The notes under the pieces were generated by a model that saw only the letters and a program-made list of their open reading frames with translations, had not been told where the DNA came from and ran no database searches. A stretch of 63,847 nucleotides of DNA, the filler included. It is 8 parts of 8 records of this genome, joined end to end, with 100 filler letters (N's around TTAATTAATTAA, not from the genome) between each part and the next. Parts side by side here need not be neighbours in the genome. Positions count along the whole stretch, not along the records: positions 42,432 to 51,124 come from SRR31147125_4772; positions 51,225 to 58,672 come from SRR31147125_4773; 6 more parts are not named here. The stretch is one strand, 5' to 3'. Below are positions 43,637 to 53,582 of the stretch, one piece after another. The translations under genes were made by a program, and so were the position numbers. The stretch's first letter is position 1, and the number at the start of each line of letters is the position of its first letter.

Positions 43637-43687
43637 CTTTTTTTGAAAAAAATGAACCCTCATTTGATAATTGAGGGTTCAAAAATA

Positions 43688-44515
43688 TTAATTTTGGTTT
43701 AAAATTAGTTCTTTTTCAGCTTGATACTCTTCATCAGTAATGATTCCTTGTTCTTTAAGCTTGTTTAATTCTTCGATTCTAGATTCGATATATTTTTGTC
43801 TGCTTAAAGCATCCTCATTTTCTGGGTTAAGTAATTCATCATAAACTTCATCGCTTTCTTGTTTAGTTTCAGTTGCTGGTTTAGTTTCCTCTTCAATTAC
43901 AGTAGGAGTTTCTCTTCTAACAGCCTTGCTTCTAGTTGAAGAACTTCTCTTTTCTCCATAATTTCCACCAAATCTATATCCAAAGCTAAATGTTACTTTC
44001 GTTATATGAGTCTGTCCATCAGTTATAAAGTCATTTGTTCCGTCAGTTTTGAAACCATTATATGTTCCAGTAAGTTCAAATAGGAAGTGATTGAACTCAA
44101 TACCAGCACCTAATCCTAGGTGTAATCCATTTTTAGCTTCTAAGTTATCATCTTTATCATAGTCAACTGGGAAAGTTAAACCAAATCTTGTGATTGAATA
44201 TGGGAATACAGTTGCATCAGAATCACCATATCTTCTTTTGATGTTAACATATACGGGTCTGTAGCCTATATTAAGCTTTCGTCCATTTTTTTCTAATTGA
44301 TTATTAAATTCAACACCAAAACCAATATCCATATAGTCTGACATTGCTCCCATAGCTTCAAGAGTTAAATTACTTGTTTCATCATAGACATGAGCGTCCT
44401 CTGTTCCAAATTTTACATGTGGGTTTCGAGTACTTCCCAATTTAACTATAAATCCTTTTGAAAATGCAGTCATTGAAGTCGCTAATATAAGAAGTAAAAT
44501 AAGTTTCTTTTTCAT
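43688..44515 (-). CDS. Outer-membrane beta-barrel protein with C-terminal SHOCT domain
   Basis: Signal peptide, strands 'GLHLGLGAGIEF' and 'VTFSFGYRF', then 'IEELNKLKEQGIITDEEYQAEK..IL'. Confidence 0.7.
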   Translation of the reverse strand: MKKKLILLLILATSMTAFSKGFIVKLGSTRNPHVKFGTEDAHVYDETSNLTLEAMGAMSDYMDIGFGVEFNNQLEKNGRKLNIGYRPVYVNIKRRYGDSDATVFPYSITRFGLTFPVDYDKDDNLEAKNGLHLGLGAGIEFNHFLFELTGTYNGFKTDGTNDFITDGQTHITKVTFSFGYRFGGNYGEKRSSSTRSKAVRRETPTVIEEETKPATETKQESDEVYDELLNPENEDALSRQKYIESRIEELNKLKEQGIITDEEYQAEKELILNQN

Positions 44516-44738
44516 GTTAAAAGCCTCCCTTAGATAATATACTGTTAATATGTTACTTTGATTTCCTAAGAATCCTCTTAGAATATTTATAGTAGTATAT
44601 TAAAGTATAACACATTGTGATATTAAATCTCAATATCTTAGAGCTAAAACTCTTTTCTCTTGACTTTTTTCATTGATAAAAATAGAATATAACAGAATGA
44701 AAAGACTAATAGAGAGAAGAATGAGAGGTTTGATATTA

Positions 44739-45947
44739 ATGAGTGTATTGTTGAGTTTTATTATATTACTAGCAGGAGGCTATATTTTAGGAGAGTTATT
44801 TGGGAGAATAGGACTTCCTAAATTAATTGGAATGATAGTTTTTGGATGTTTAGCAAATGTATATTTAGGTTGGATTGACCCACAGGCTATTGAGATAGGA
44901 AAAAAAATAAAAAGTATGGCACTTGTAATAGTTTTGCTAATTGGTGGATTTGGAATAAAAACAGAACAAATAAAAAAAGTTGGAAGACCAGCAATGCTAC
45001 TTAGTGCAATACCTGCAAGTTTTGAAGGTTTTACTGTTGCATTTATAGCAACGAAGCTTTTGGGATTTTCATTTGTTCAAGGCGGAATATTAGGTTTCAT
45101 CATTGCTGCAGTAAGCCCAGCGGTTTTAGTGCCAAGTATGGTTGATTTGATTAATAGAAGACTTGGTGAGAGAAAAGCTATTCCGCAAATGTTATTAACA
45201 GGAGCTTCTGCTGATGATAGTATAGCGATAGCGATGTTTACAAGTTTTTTAGGTATATACTTTGGTAGTGGAAATATTGGAGAAAATTTACTAAATATTC
45301 CACTTGCAATAATAACAGGTGTAGTGGCTGGAATAACAATGGGAATAGTTGGAGGAAAGTTATCAGGTTTAATAAGAAATGAGCACATTAAAGCACTTAT
45401 AATAGCTCTACTTGCAATATCTATGAGAATAGTAGAGGAACATTATCATACAGCATTTTTTAATTCCCTTATTGGAGTAATGACCATGGGTTATGTTGTT
45501 ACAAATTATTTTGAAAATGAAGCGAGAAAGATAATTCATGGTTTAAAAAAAGCTTGGATAATTGGTTCGATTTATCTATTCACCCTCGTTGGGACAGCTA
45601 TTGATCCTAGATTAGCTGGCGACCTATTTCTAACAGGACTGGGCATAGTAAGCGTATCACTTTTTGTTAGAAGTATTGGTGTACTTCTTTCATTAATTGG
45701 AACTAATCTTAATTGGAAAGAGAGAGTTTTTTGTATTATAGCTTATCTACCAAAAGCAACAGTTCAGTCTGCTAAAGCTGGAATTCCTCTACAGATGGGA
45801 GTTGCAGGTGGAGAGATAATACAGGCACTTTCGATTATCGCGGTACTTATAACAGCTCCAATTGGTGCTATTGGAATTAAATTGACAGCCCATAGATTTT
45901 TAGAGCCCTATGAAGAGGAAAAGGTAGAAGTAATAAAAGAGGATTAA
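44739..45947 (+). CDS. Cation:proton antiporter (CPA1/NHA2-like)
   Basis: 'AAVSPAVLVP.M', 'GASADD', 'AYLPKATVQ', 'ITAPIGA'. Confidence 0.85.
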   Translation: MSVLLSFIILLAGGYILGELFGRIGLPKLIGMIVFGCLANVYLGWIDPQAIEIGKKIKSMALVIVLLIGGFGIKTEQIKKVGRPAMLLSAIPASFEGFTVAFIATKLLGFSFVQGGILGFIIAAVSPAVLVPSMVDLINRRLGERKAIPQMLLTGASADDSIAIAMFTSFLGIYFGSGNIGENLLNIPLAIITGVVAGITMGIVGGKLSGLIRNEHIKALIIALLAISMRIVEEHYHTAFFNSLIGVMTMGYVVTNYFENEARKIIHGLKKAWIIGSIYLFTLVGTAIDPRLAGDLFLTGLGIVSVSLFVRSIGVLLSLIGTNLNWKERVFCIIAYLPKATVQSAKAGIPLQMGVAGGEIIQALSIIAVLITAPIGAIGIKLTAHRFLEPYEEEKVEVIKED

Positions 45948-46002
45948 TATATAACAAAAGGTCTGGTTGATTAAGCCAGACCTTTTGTTATATATAAAAT
46001 TA

Positions 46003-47733
46003 TTAAGCTTCAAGAGTTATTAATTTACCTAATTTCATAGAAAATAAACCTTTTGTTGTAAGTTTAATTTCTGGGATTACGGATAGCGCTAGAAAAGATA
46101 GTGATAAAAATGGATTAAACGATTTGTCGCCCATTTCACTTTCAACTGCATGATGAAGCACATTTAATTCCTCTAAAATCTCTTTTGCGTCCCTTCCTGT
46201 TATTAAACCTCCAATTTCCAATTGAAGTTTAGCTTTTATAATATTATCTTTTGAAAATACAATTCCACCTTGTATTTGTGTTAACTCATTAACACAATTA
46301 AGCATATCGTCCCAATTTGTACCAATAACGATAATGTTATGAGAATCATGTGCAATAGTAGTTGCTATAGCCCCTGATTTGAGCGAGAAGCCCTTTATGA
46401 TACCTTTCCCTATATTCGTAGTGCCGCTGAATCTATCGATGACTAAAAGGGGCAGGTAGTCGGAATTTTCGTCAATCTTAAAAAATCCATTTTCTATTTG
46501 AATATTTTCAATAATATGATTTGTTTCTAGTTTATTTGGTATAAATTCAATAATATTTACTTTATTATTTTTAATATCTATTTTTAAATCTTCTAATCTA
46601 ATATTAGGTAGATTTACTGAATTAAATAGAGATTTTGGGATACTGTTTTTAGCTTTATTAGTAAAAGTAGTTTTACCGTTTTCAGCAACTAATTCTCCAT
46701 CTTTAAATACTTTTTCAACACATACATTTTCTAAATTACTTAGAATTATGAAATCAGCCTTATAGCCTGGAGCAATTGCACCTTGGTCTTTTAATTTATA
46801 GCATTCAGCAGTATTAAGAGTTGCTAATTGGTAAGCTGTGGGAGCTGGAACACCTTCCTCTATCGCAATTCGAACAGCTTCATTGATAGTTCCGTATTTG
46901 ATTATTTCGTCAATGTGCTTATCATCAGTACATAAACATATCTTTCTACTATTTGCAGGTGTAATTATTTTAGCTAAATCGCGTAGATTTTTAGCAGCAG
47001 TTCCTTCACGCATAAGCACATAAATTCCTCTTCGAATTCTATCTAATACTTCATCTGTACTTTGACATTCATGGTCAGTTGAAATATTTGCAAGTGCATA
47101 TGCATTTAGAATTTCTTCTCCAAATCCAGCACAGTGTCCATCAATTACGGCATTTAAATTACTAGCGTCTTCTAGTTTTTGCATCATATCCTCTTCACAG
47201 TTCATAATGCTATATGAGTCCATAACTTCAGCTAGTCCGTTAACTTGTTTATTGGCATAATATTTACGTATGTCTTTTGATTTTAGGACAGCTCCTCCCA
47301 TATCTAGATTAGTGGCAGGGACGCATGATGGTAGCATTGTATGGAAATCCAGTGTACAGCTAGAAGTTGAGTCAAGAAAATACTCTATTCCATCTTGACC
47401 AGCTACATTTGCAATTTCATGTGGGTCTGCAATAACTGCTGTAATCCCATGGGGTAAAACATACTTTTCGTAGATATCAGGTGTAACTAGTGATGATTCA
47501 AGGTGCATATGTGCATCAATAAATGACGGAGATATATACTTTCCTGTTCCGTCTATCTCTTCGATACCGTGATATTCTCCTATTCCAACGATATAACCAT
47601 CAGATATTGCAACATCAGATACAAATATATCTTGGTTAAAAACATCGATAATTGATATATTTTTTATAACTAAATCAGCTTTCAATTTTTTGACAGCGAC
47701 AGGGATTAAATCTTTTAAAGTTTTAATTTGCAT
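46003..47733 (-). CDS. ade: Adenine deaminase
   Basis: 'IDAHMHLESS', 'DPHEIANV.G', 'DGH', 'DHE', 'CTDD', 'AHDSHN'. Confidence 0.96.
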   Translation of the reverse strand: MQIKTLKDLIPVAVKKLKADLVIKNISIIDVFNQDIFVSDVAISDGYIVGIGEYHGIEEIDGTGKYISPSFIDAHMHLESSLVTPDIYEKYVLPHGITAVIADPHEIANVAGQDGIEYFLDSTSSCTLDFHTMLPSCVPATNLDMGGAVLKSKDIRKYYANKQVNGLAEVMDSYSIMNCEEDMMQKLEDASNLNAVIDGHCAGFGEEILNAYALANISTDHECQSTDEVLDRIRRGIYVLMREGTAAKNLRDLAKIITPANSRKICLCTDDKHIDEIIKYGTINEAVRIAIEEGVPAPTAYQLATLNTAECYKLKDQGAIAPGYKADFIILSNLENVCVEKVFKDGELVAENGKTTFTNKAKNSIPKSLFNSVNLPNIRLEDLKIDIKNNKVNIIEFIPNKLETNHIIENIQIENGFFKIDENSDYLPLLVIDRFSGTTNIGKGIIKGFSLKSGAIATTIAHDSHNIIVIGTNWDDMLNCVNELTQIQGGIVFSKDNIIKAKLQLEIGGLITGRDAKEILEELNVLHHAVESEMGDKSFNPFLSLSFLALSVIPEIKLTTKGLFSMKLGKLITLEA

Positions 47734-47905
47734 TAGCTTCCTCCTTAAAATTTTTAGTGCTAAAAAATTGATAAATAAAAAAACAACCTGAGTGAATTCT
47801 CACGTTGTCAAAATCAAAACTACAATAATGCGAGAATTCACACTGAGTGTGTTCTCACGTTGTTAAATCCAAAAATCAAAAACTACAGAACACACTAAAA
47901 AGGTG

Positions 47906-47974
47906 TTCCATAATCAGAAGATTTACGCTCTCCCGGTAGAGACTCCCTTAGCATATTAAAAGGATTATATGGAA
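47906..47974 (-). ncRNA. Purine riboswitch, adenine-type aptamer
   Basis: Minus strand TTCCATA-TAA-TCCTTTT-AATATGC-TAAGGGA-GTCTCTAC-CGGGAGA-GCGTAAA-TCTTCTG-AT-TATGGAA; discriminator is U (GATTATG); upstream of ade. Confidence 0.9.
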
Positions 47975-48046
47975 ATTATTATTAAATTTTATTAAGTTTA
48001 GCATATAAAAATATACTTGTCAAAGAAATAACTTGTTAAATTCAAA

Positions 48047-48451
48047 TTATTTATAAAATAAATAATAAATAAAAAAGCCCTTGAAATCAAGGACTTTAAA
48101 ATTATATTTTTTAACAACAGAAGATTTTAGCTTCATAGCTCCAAAACCATCAATTTTACAGTTGATATCGTGGTCATCAGGTGCATCATGAACAAGTCTA
48201 ATGTTTTTAGCTTTTGTACCAACTTTTATAACGTTTGTAGAACTTCCATTGATTTTTAAATCTCTAACAACAGCAACGCTGTCTCCGTCTTTTAACTCGT
48301 TTCCGTTAGCATCTCTAATAATATTAGCCTCTTCAGCTGCAGCTTGAGACTCAGCTGTCCATTCATATCCACATTCTGGACATACTAATAGACTTCCATC
48401 TTCGTATGTATATTCTGAGTTGCACTCAGGGCAATTAGGTAAATTAACCAT
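48047..48451 (-). CDS. PhnA/YjdM zinc-ribbon protein (real stop probably near 48102, lost by a homopolymer slip)
   Basis: '[23 protein letters not shown]', 'DANGN.L.DGD.V..RDLK'. Confidence 0.9.
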   Translation of the reverse strand: MVNLPNCPECNSEYTYEDGSLLVCPECGYEWTAESQAAAEEANIIRDANGNELKDGDSVAVVRDLKINGSSTNVIKVGTKAKNIRLVHDAPDDHDINCKIDGFGAMKLKSSVVKKYNFKVLDFKGFFIYYLFYK

Positions 48452-48589
48452 TTTCTATCCTCCAATATATAAAAATTAATTTTTAGCATATAACAGATAA
48501 CATTGTATCTTATTTAGTAAAAAAAATCAAATAAAAAGAGGTGCTAGCTTAACACCTCTTAAATAAATTATAATTTAATAGTTTTTATT

Positions 48590-49546
48590 CTACATCTCTA
48601 ATAATGCGGCAGCTCCAACAACACCTGCGTTGTTTCCAAGCTCTGCAGGGATTAGGTCTACTCCCTCCATAGTAACAGTCATTGCATAATCTTTCATCTT
48701 TTCTCTGACTTTATCAAATAGGATATCTCCTGCTAGGGCAACTCCTCCACCCATTACAATAACTTCCGGGTTGATTACGTTTAGTAGATTTCCTATTCCC
48801 ATTGCAAGATATTTGGCAACGGTATCAACTATATCAAGAGCAAATGTATCATTTTCTTTTGCAGCATCGAAAACGTGTTTTGCTTCAAGTTTATCCATAT
48901 CTCCATCGATTAATTCCCAAATTTTGTTAGCCTTGTTAACTGTAAGTCTAGATTTCGCATCACGGATTATTCCTGTAGCTGAGGCATACGCCTCCCAACA
49001 ACCTTTTTGTCCGCAACCACATAGCTTACCATGATCAACTAATTTCATGTGACCAACTTCCGCCCCTGCACCAGTGAATCCAGTCATTAATTTACCGTTT
49101 ACAACTATTCCTCCACCGATACCAGTCCCGAGTGCAAGTCCTAAAACATTTTTGTGACCTTTTGCAGCCCCTTGCCATACTTCACCAAGAGTAATAACGT
49201 TAACGTCATTCCCGACTTTCACTTCCATTCCAATTTTTTCTCCAAAAAGTTTCGCAATGTTCAGATTGGTTTCCCAAGGGAAATTTGCCCAGAATGTTAC
49301 GATACTATCTTCTAGAACAGGGCCTGGAACTCCAACACCTGCACCTTTCACTTCATCTTTTGATATATTTTCCTCTTTTAACATCTTTTCAACTAATTCA
49401 CTTATCCTGCTAAATGTATCATCGGCACCATTCTTTGATTCTGTTTTAATTGATTCTGATCTTATAACAGAACCATCAGACTCCAAAACAATTCCTGCTT
49501 TAACATTAGTACCACCTAAATCAACGCCAACTACATACTTACTCAT
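48590..49546 (-). CDS. ROK family glucokinase
   Basis: 'GVDLGGT', 'NDVN', 'LGTGIGGG', 'EVGH...CGCG.KGC.E'. Confidence 0.9.
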   Translation of the reverse strand: MSKYVVGVDLGGTNVKAGIVLESDGSVIRSESIKTESKNGADDTFSRISELVEKMLKEENISKDEVKGAGVGVPGPVLEDSIVTFWANFPWETNLNIAKLFGEKIGMEVKVGNDVNVITLGEVWQGAAKGHKNVLGLALGTGIGGGIVVNGKLMTGFTGAGAEVGHMKLVDHGKLCGCGQKGCWEAYASATGIIRDAKSRLTVNKANKIWELIDGDMDKLEAKHVFDAAKENDTFALDIVDTVAKYLAMGIGNLLNVINPEVIVMGGGVALAGDILFDKVREKMKDYAMTVTMEGVDLIPAELGNNAGVVGAAALLEM

Positions 49547-49800
49547 ATCAACCTCCAACTTGTTAGTTTTATTATAAATAATAACTTATAAAATATCTAA
49601 AAATTTACTATAGAAGAGCTTTGTATATGTCTAAAATTCATTAAAAATCAAACTTTATGTGAAAGTCTATATATAATTATATATGAACAAATTTAATTTG
49701 TAAATAAAATTACTTAAAAATCCTAGCTTAAAAACCTTAAAGTAAAATGGATTTCCAAATATAGGAAATCCATTTTACTTATTTTTATTTTATTATGTTT

Positions 49801-51099
49801 CTAGAGAAGTGAGTCTTCAAAAAATTCTCCCTCTTTTGAAGAACGTACAGTTTGCCCGCTCTGTAGATGCTTATGACTAACAAAATCAATATCAGTTACT
49901 TTTGATAAAACTCTACAGTTTCTCTCAATTGTAACATTATCAGGAATCTCAACGAATTTACCAATTAAATTAACTCCTGAATTAAGTATATCTGGTTTTT
50001 CAGAGTTTGGAGTATTATCATCTCCAACACCGATTTTACAATTTTCTCCAATAGTTACTCTTTTATCAATAATAGATTTATTAATAATAGTACCTGCTTT
50101 AATTACAGTATCATTTAGTATAATAGAGTCTTTAATAATAACGCCCTCTTCAACAACAACGCCCGGAGATAGAACTGAATTTTCAACAGAACCTTTTATA
50201 ACGCAACCATTTGATAATAATGAATCTTTACTACTTCCATTACCGATGATTTTAACGGGAGGTCTCTCCTCACTTTTAGTATGTATTTTAAAGTTTTCTT
50301 CGTATAAATCTACTGGTGGATATTCTGCAATAAACTCAAGGTTAGTTTTCCAATACTCTTCTATTGTTCCTACGTCTTTCCAATAACCTGTACAAGTGTG
50401 AACTTTACAGTTATAGTCTTGCTCCAACATTAGTGGAATGATATCTTTACCAAAGTCGCTTTTCCCATTTGGTCCGCAATTTTCTAATAAAAGTTTTTTC
50501 ATAACTTCGTATTTAAAGATATAAATCCCTTGGGAAGCTAAAGTACTTTTAGGGTTTTTAGGCTTCTCTTCAAATTCAACAACGTTTTTATCTTCATCAG
50601 CAGTTAAAATACCAAATGAACTCGCAACACTCATATCAACACCCTTTACACCAATTGTAATATCAGCATCTGTTTCCTCATGTTGCTTAATCATTTTTTG
50701 GTAATTCATTTTATAAACATGGTCGCCAGCAAGAATTAGCACATTATCAGGCTTACAATCATTTACATAATTTAGGTTTTGGTAGATAGCGTTTGCTGTA
50801 CCAACATACCATCTTCCGTTAGACCTTTGATATGGAGGAAGCAGTGTAATTCCACCAAATGAACGGTCTAAATCCCAAGGTCTTCCAATTCCAATATGTT
50901 CACTCAGTGACCTCGGCAGATACTGAGTAAGTACTCCCACTGTGGAGATATTCGAATTAACACAGTTACTTAACACAAAATCAACGATTCTGTATTTTCC
51001 CGCAAAAGGAACAGCTGGCTTAGCTCGATGTTTTGATAATAAATCAAGCCTAGTTCCTGCACCACCGGCTAGTACCATTGCAATAGTTTTTTTTGCCAT
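49801..51099 (-). CDS. glgC: Glucose-1-phosphate adenylyltransferase
   Basis: 'LAGG.G.RL..L...RAKPAVPF.GKYRI.DF.LSN', 'GDH.YKM.Y', 'YWKDVGT'. Confidence 0.95.
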   Translation of the reverse strand: MAKKTIAMVLAGGAGTRLDLLSKHRAKPAVPFAGKYRIVDFVLSNCVNSNISTVGVLTQYLPRSLSEHIGIGRPWDLDRSFGGITLLPPYQRSNGRWYVGTANAIYQNLNYVNDCKPDNVLILAGDHVYKMNYQKMIKQHEETDADITIGVKGVDMSVASSFGILTADEDKNVVEFEEKPKNPKSTLASQGIYIFKYEVMKKLLLENCGPNGKSDFGKDIIPLMLEQDYNCKVHTCTGYWKDVGTIEEYWKTNLEFIAEYPPVDLYEENFKIHTKSEERPPVKIIGNGSSKDSLLSNGCVIKGSVENSVLSPGVVVEEGVIIKDSIILNDTVIKAGTIINKSIIDKRVTIGENCKIGVGDDNTPNSEKPDILNSGVNLIGKFVEIPDNVTIERNCRVLSKVTDIDFVSHKHLQSGQTVRSSKEGEFFEDSLL

Positions 51100-51224
51100 A
51101 TAACCACCAACCTTAGTCAATTTTNNNNNNNNNNNNNNNNNNNNNNNNNNNNNNNNNNNNNNNNNNNNTTAATTAATTAANNNNNNNNNNNNNNNNNNNN
51201 NNNNNNNNNNNNNNNNNNNNNNNN

Positions 51225-51253
51225 TCATCAAACCGCTCAATAAACATATCATA
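51225..51253. repeat. Terminal direct repeat, left copy (right copy 58644-58672)
   Basis: TCATCAAACCGCTCAATAAACATATCATA identical at both contig ends. Confidence 0.95.
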
Positions 51254-52159
51254 GCTTACTTTTCCACTAGTATCTTTAGTAGCTTCTGTATCAGCAGGTT
51301 CTTCTGTAGACGCTGGCTCCTCAGTTTCAAACACAGTATCCAGTGCCCCGCCTAAAGCAAGCCATTTAAAATCAAAACTCTCTCCATTGCAAAGTATGGT
51401 GTCAAAATGCATAGCTGGGCTTTCAAATGTCCCTGAATAGCCTAAGTATTCGCCAAATGCATAAATCTCCTGCCCTTCTAAAAAGCTAAAATCTTTTTCG
51501 CCAAGTTTATCAGTATCCCACAAAGTCACCATCCATTTATCACTGTCATTTACTACATAACAAGCTATTGTAGCGTCCGATTCAAATACCGCTGTACACT
51601 CACCATATACATATATTTTAGTTCCGCCCAAGCCATTTTCGCTTGCAGGCGAATTAAATTTGTCAAATACACCAAACTCATATCCGCCAATTAAATCAGA
51701 ACCCGGTTTTTTGCCTATACTTAAAACATCTAATAATTCTTCCTTATCCTCATCCTTTTCATCATCATCTAATTGCTTATTTTCATTTGTCTGATTACCG
51801 GACTGTTCGCTCTGTGTCTTTTTCCCTGTATTCCTTGCCCAATCATCAGCATCATAATAAGCTGTTAGCTCAACATCTCCTTCATCATCAAAATAAACCT
51901 CAGTGCCTTCAGTGTCATCTTCATTTACCCATACTATATAATACTTACCATTATTGCCATATTTATACTCTGCAAAGTCATCACCCATTATTTCAATAAC
52001 TTCTTCTTCTGTCATATATCTTTTGATCTTGTTTGTCTTCTCTTCAATACTTAAATCTTCACTTATCTCAATAACACCAAAATGAAATGCAGCAAACACC
52101 GCACATATTGCAACAATACCGATACTCAATACTATAATTAAGATTTTATACTTTTTCAT
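51225..52159 (-). CDS. Cassette gene A, 5' part: TM-anchored surface protein (BLIP/BamE-like domain + domain shared with gene E); continues at 58672-58259 (~439 aa joined)
   Basis: N-terminal TM; 'KIKRYMTEEEVIEIMG'; ends ...VSYDMFIERFD, which overlaps the start of the 58259-58672 ORF. Confidence 0.75.
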
Positions 52160-52192
52160 ACTCTCTCCAAAATAAAAAACTTATATATGAAA

Positions 52193-52221
52193 ATTTTAAC
52201 ACTTATTTAAAGCAATGTCCA
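52193..52221 (-). promoter_or_regulatory. Cassette promoter for gene A
   Basis: TGGACA-17 bp-(TGT)TAAAAT, -35 box 4 bp beyond the 36-bp site. Confidence 0.65.
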
Positions 52222-52225
52222 TAAT

Positions 52226-52261
52226 AAAAGAACCGCACTAAGCTACTAGTCCAGTTCTTTT
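52226..52261. repeat. 36-bp cassette site, copy 1
   Basis: AAAAGAACCGCACTA-AGCTAC-TAGTCCAGTTCTTTT. Confidence 0.9.
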
Positions 52262-52318
52262 TTATTATTGAGGCTGTTTAAAAAAATAATGCTCTATACT
52301 CATTCCCAGTCTTATATA

Positions 52319-53461
52319 TTAACGACGACCAGTAAAATATAGCTTAAATGAATCATAATTGTTATAACTTTTTAGTTCTTCAGTTATTGTTTTTCCAGGC
52401 TTTATTTCAGAATCAGCATCCGTAAAATATCTGGTTGCATAATAAACTACTTTATCTCCTTCAAAAAACAATGCTGTACACTCAACAAATTCACTAGCTT
52501 CATCGCCATTATTAGTAACAGATACTATCTCTTTATTCTTAGCTGAAGTAGTTTCATATGTAAGGTCAGAAACTACACATTCATACCAGTCCTCCTCTTG
52601 AACACTAATCTCATATTCAATAGATGCAGGTTCTTCATCTAGCATAAAGGTAAATATGGTTTCAGTATTGTTTTCAAAAGCATTCTGTGAGGTAGATTTT
52701 GCACCTATTATATTACCTTCTGAATCATAAGTTTTTAGATCAATAGTTGCATCTAGATTAAATTCAGAATTGTTCTTTACCACTAAAAATACCCAAGGTG
52801 TATCTATTGAAGATGTGTACTGATATTCAGTTACTTCTAGCTGAGAAATTACAGTTTCTTCATTAAATTTTCCAGGCTCCTGAGTAGGCTCCGGTGTAGC
52901 CTCTAATACAGGCTCAGGGGTTGATTCTTCAACTGCTTGTTCAGATGAACCATTAATAAATCTTTCTAAATCGTATGTTTCTTCATCACATATAATAGTC
53001 TCAAATATCATTACTGGTCTATCTTCTTGTTTTGAATAATAAGAATAAGTACCAAATACATAGATTTCTTCATCCATTAGGAAATCAAAATCCACATCTT
53101 CATACATTTTAGTATCCCATAAAGCAATAATCCATTCTTCATCATCATTCTCTATATAACATATTTTTACATCATCTTCTGTTTCTATATCGGTGCATGT
53201 TCCATAAACATATATCTTGTCACCTTCCAGACGCTTTTCTTTATCTTTAGAACCATATTTTTCATATTCTCCAAATTCATAACCGCCAATAGTATCAGGC
53301 AGTAAATTAATTTCTTCGCTTGACGATTTAGGTATTTCTGGCTCACTATTGGCAGCCTCGCCTATACCGTAAATTGCCAGCCATACTATACCACAAATTA
53401 TTGCTAATATGCTTACTATTACTAAAACACCAAAAAGTTTATCTTTTATTCTCATATCCAT
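52319..53461 (-). CDS. Cassette gene E: TM-anchored protein with domain shared with gene A, Pro/Glu linker, tandem FxLYD-like domains
   Basis: N-terminal TM; 'IGGYEFG...KIYVYG.C...LWDT...EIY.FG'; 'VKNNSE......LKTYDSEGNIIG' and 'VTNNGD......LFFEGDKVV'. Confidence 0.7.
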   Translation of the reverse strand: MDMRIKDKLFGVLVIVSILAIICGIVWLAIYGIGEAANSEPEIPKSSSEEINLLPDTIGGYEFGEYEKYGSKDKEKRLEGDKIYVYGTCTDIETEDDVKICYIENDDEEWIIALWDTKMYEDVDFDFLMDEEIYVFGTYSYYSKQEDRPVMIFETIICDEETYDLERFINGSSEQAVEESTPEPVLEATPEPTQEPGKFNEETVISQLEVTEYQYTSSIDTPWVFLVVKNNSEFNLDATIDLKTYDSEGNIIGAKSTSQNAFENNTETIFTFMLDEEPASIEYEISVQEEDWYECVVSDLTYETTSAKNKEIVSVTNNGDEASEFVECTALFFEGDKVVYYATRYFTDADSEIKPGKTITEELKSYNNYDSFKLYFTGRR

Positions 53462-53489
53462 GTACTCACTCTTATATTTTAACATATAG

Positions 53490-53518
53490 ATATTAACATT
53501 TAATAATCATATTGTCCA
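53490..53518 (-). promoter_or_regulatory. Cassette promoter for gene E
   Basis: TGGACA-17 bp-(TGT)TAATAT, same offset from the site. Confidence 0.65.
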
Positions 53519-53522
53519 CAAT

Positions 53523-53558
53523 AAAAGAACTGTCCTAAGTCAATAGTCCAGTTCTTTA
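53523..53558. repeat. 36-bp cassette site, copy 2
   Basis: AAAAGAACTGTCCTA-AGTCAA-TAGTCCAGTTCTTTA. Confidence 0.9.
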
Positions 53559-53582
53559 TCCTAATTTAAATCTCTATGCTAT

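Noticed and set aside
48047-48115. Extended C-terminus of PhnA/YjdM
   Set aside because: One extra A restores ...VVKKI*; the extension runs through a terminator-like hairpin.
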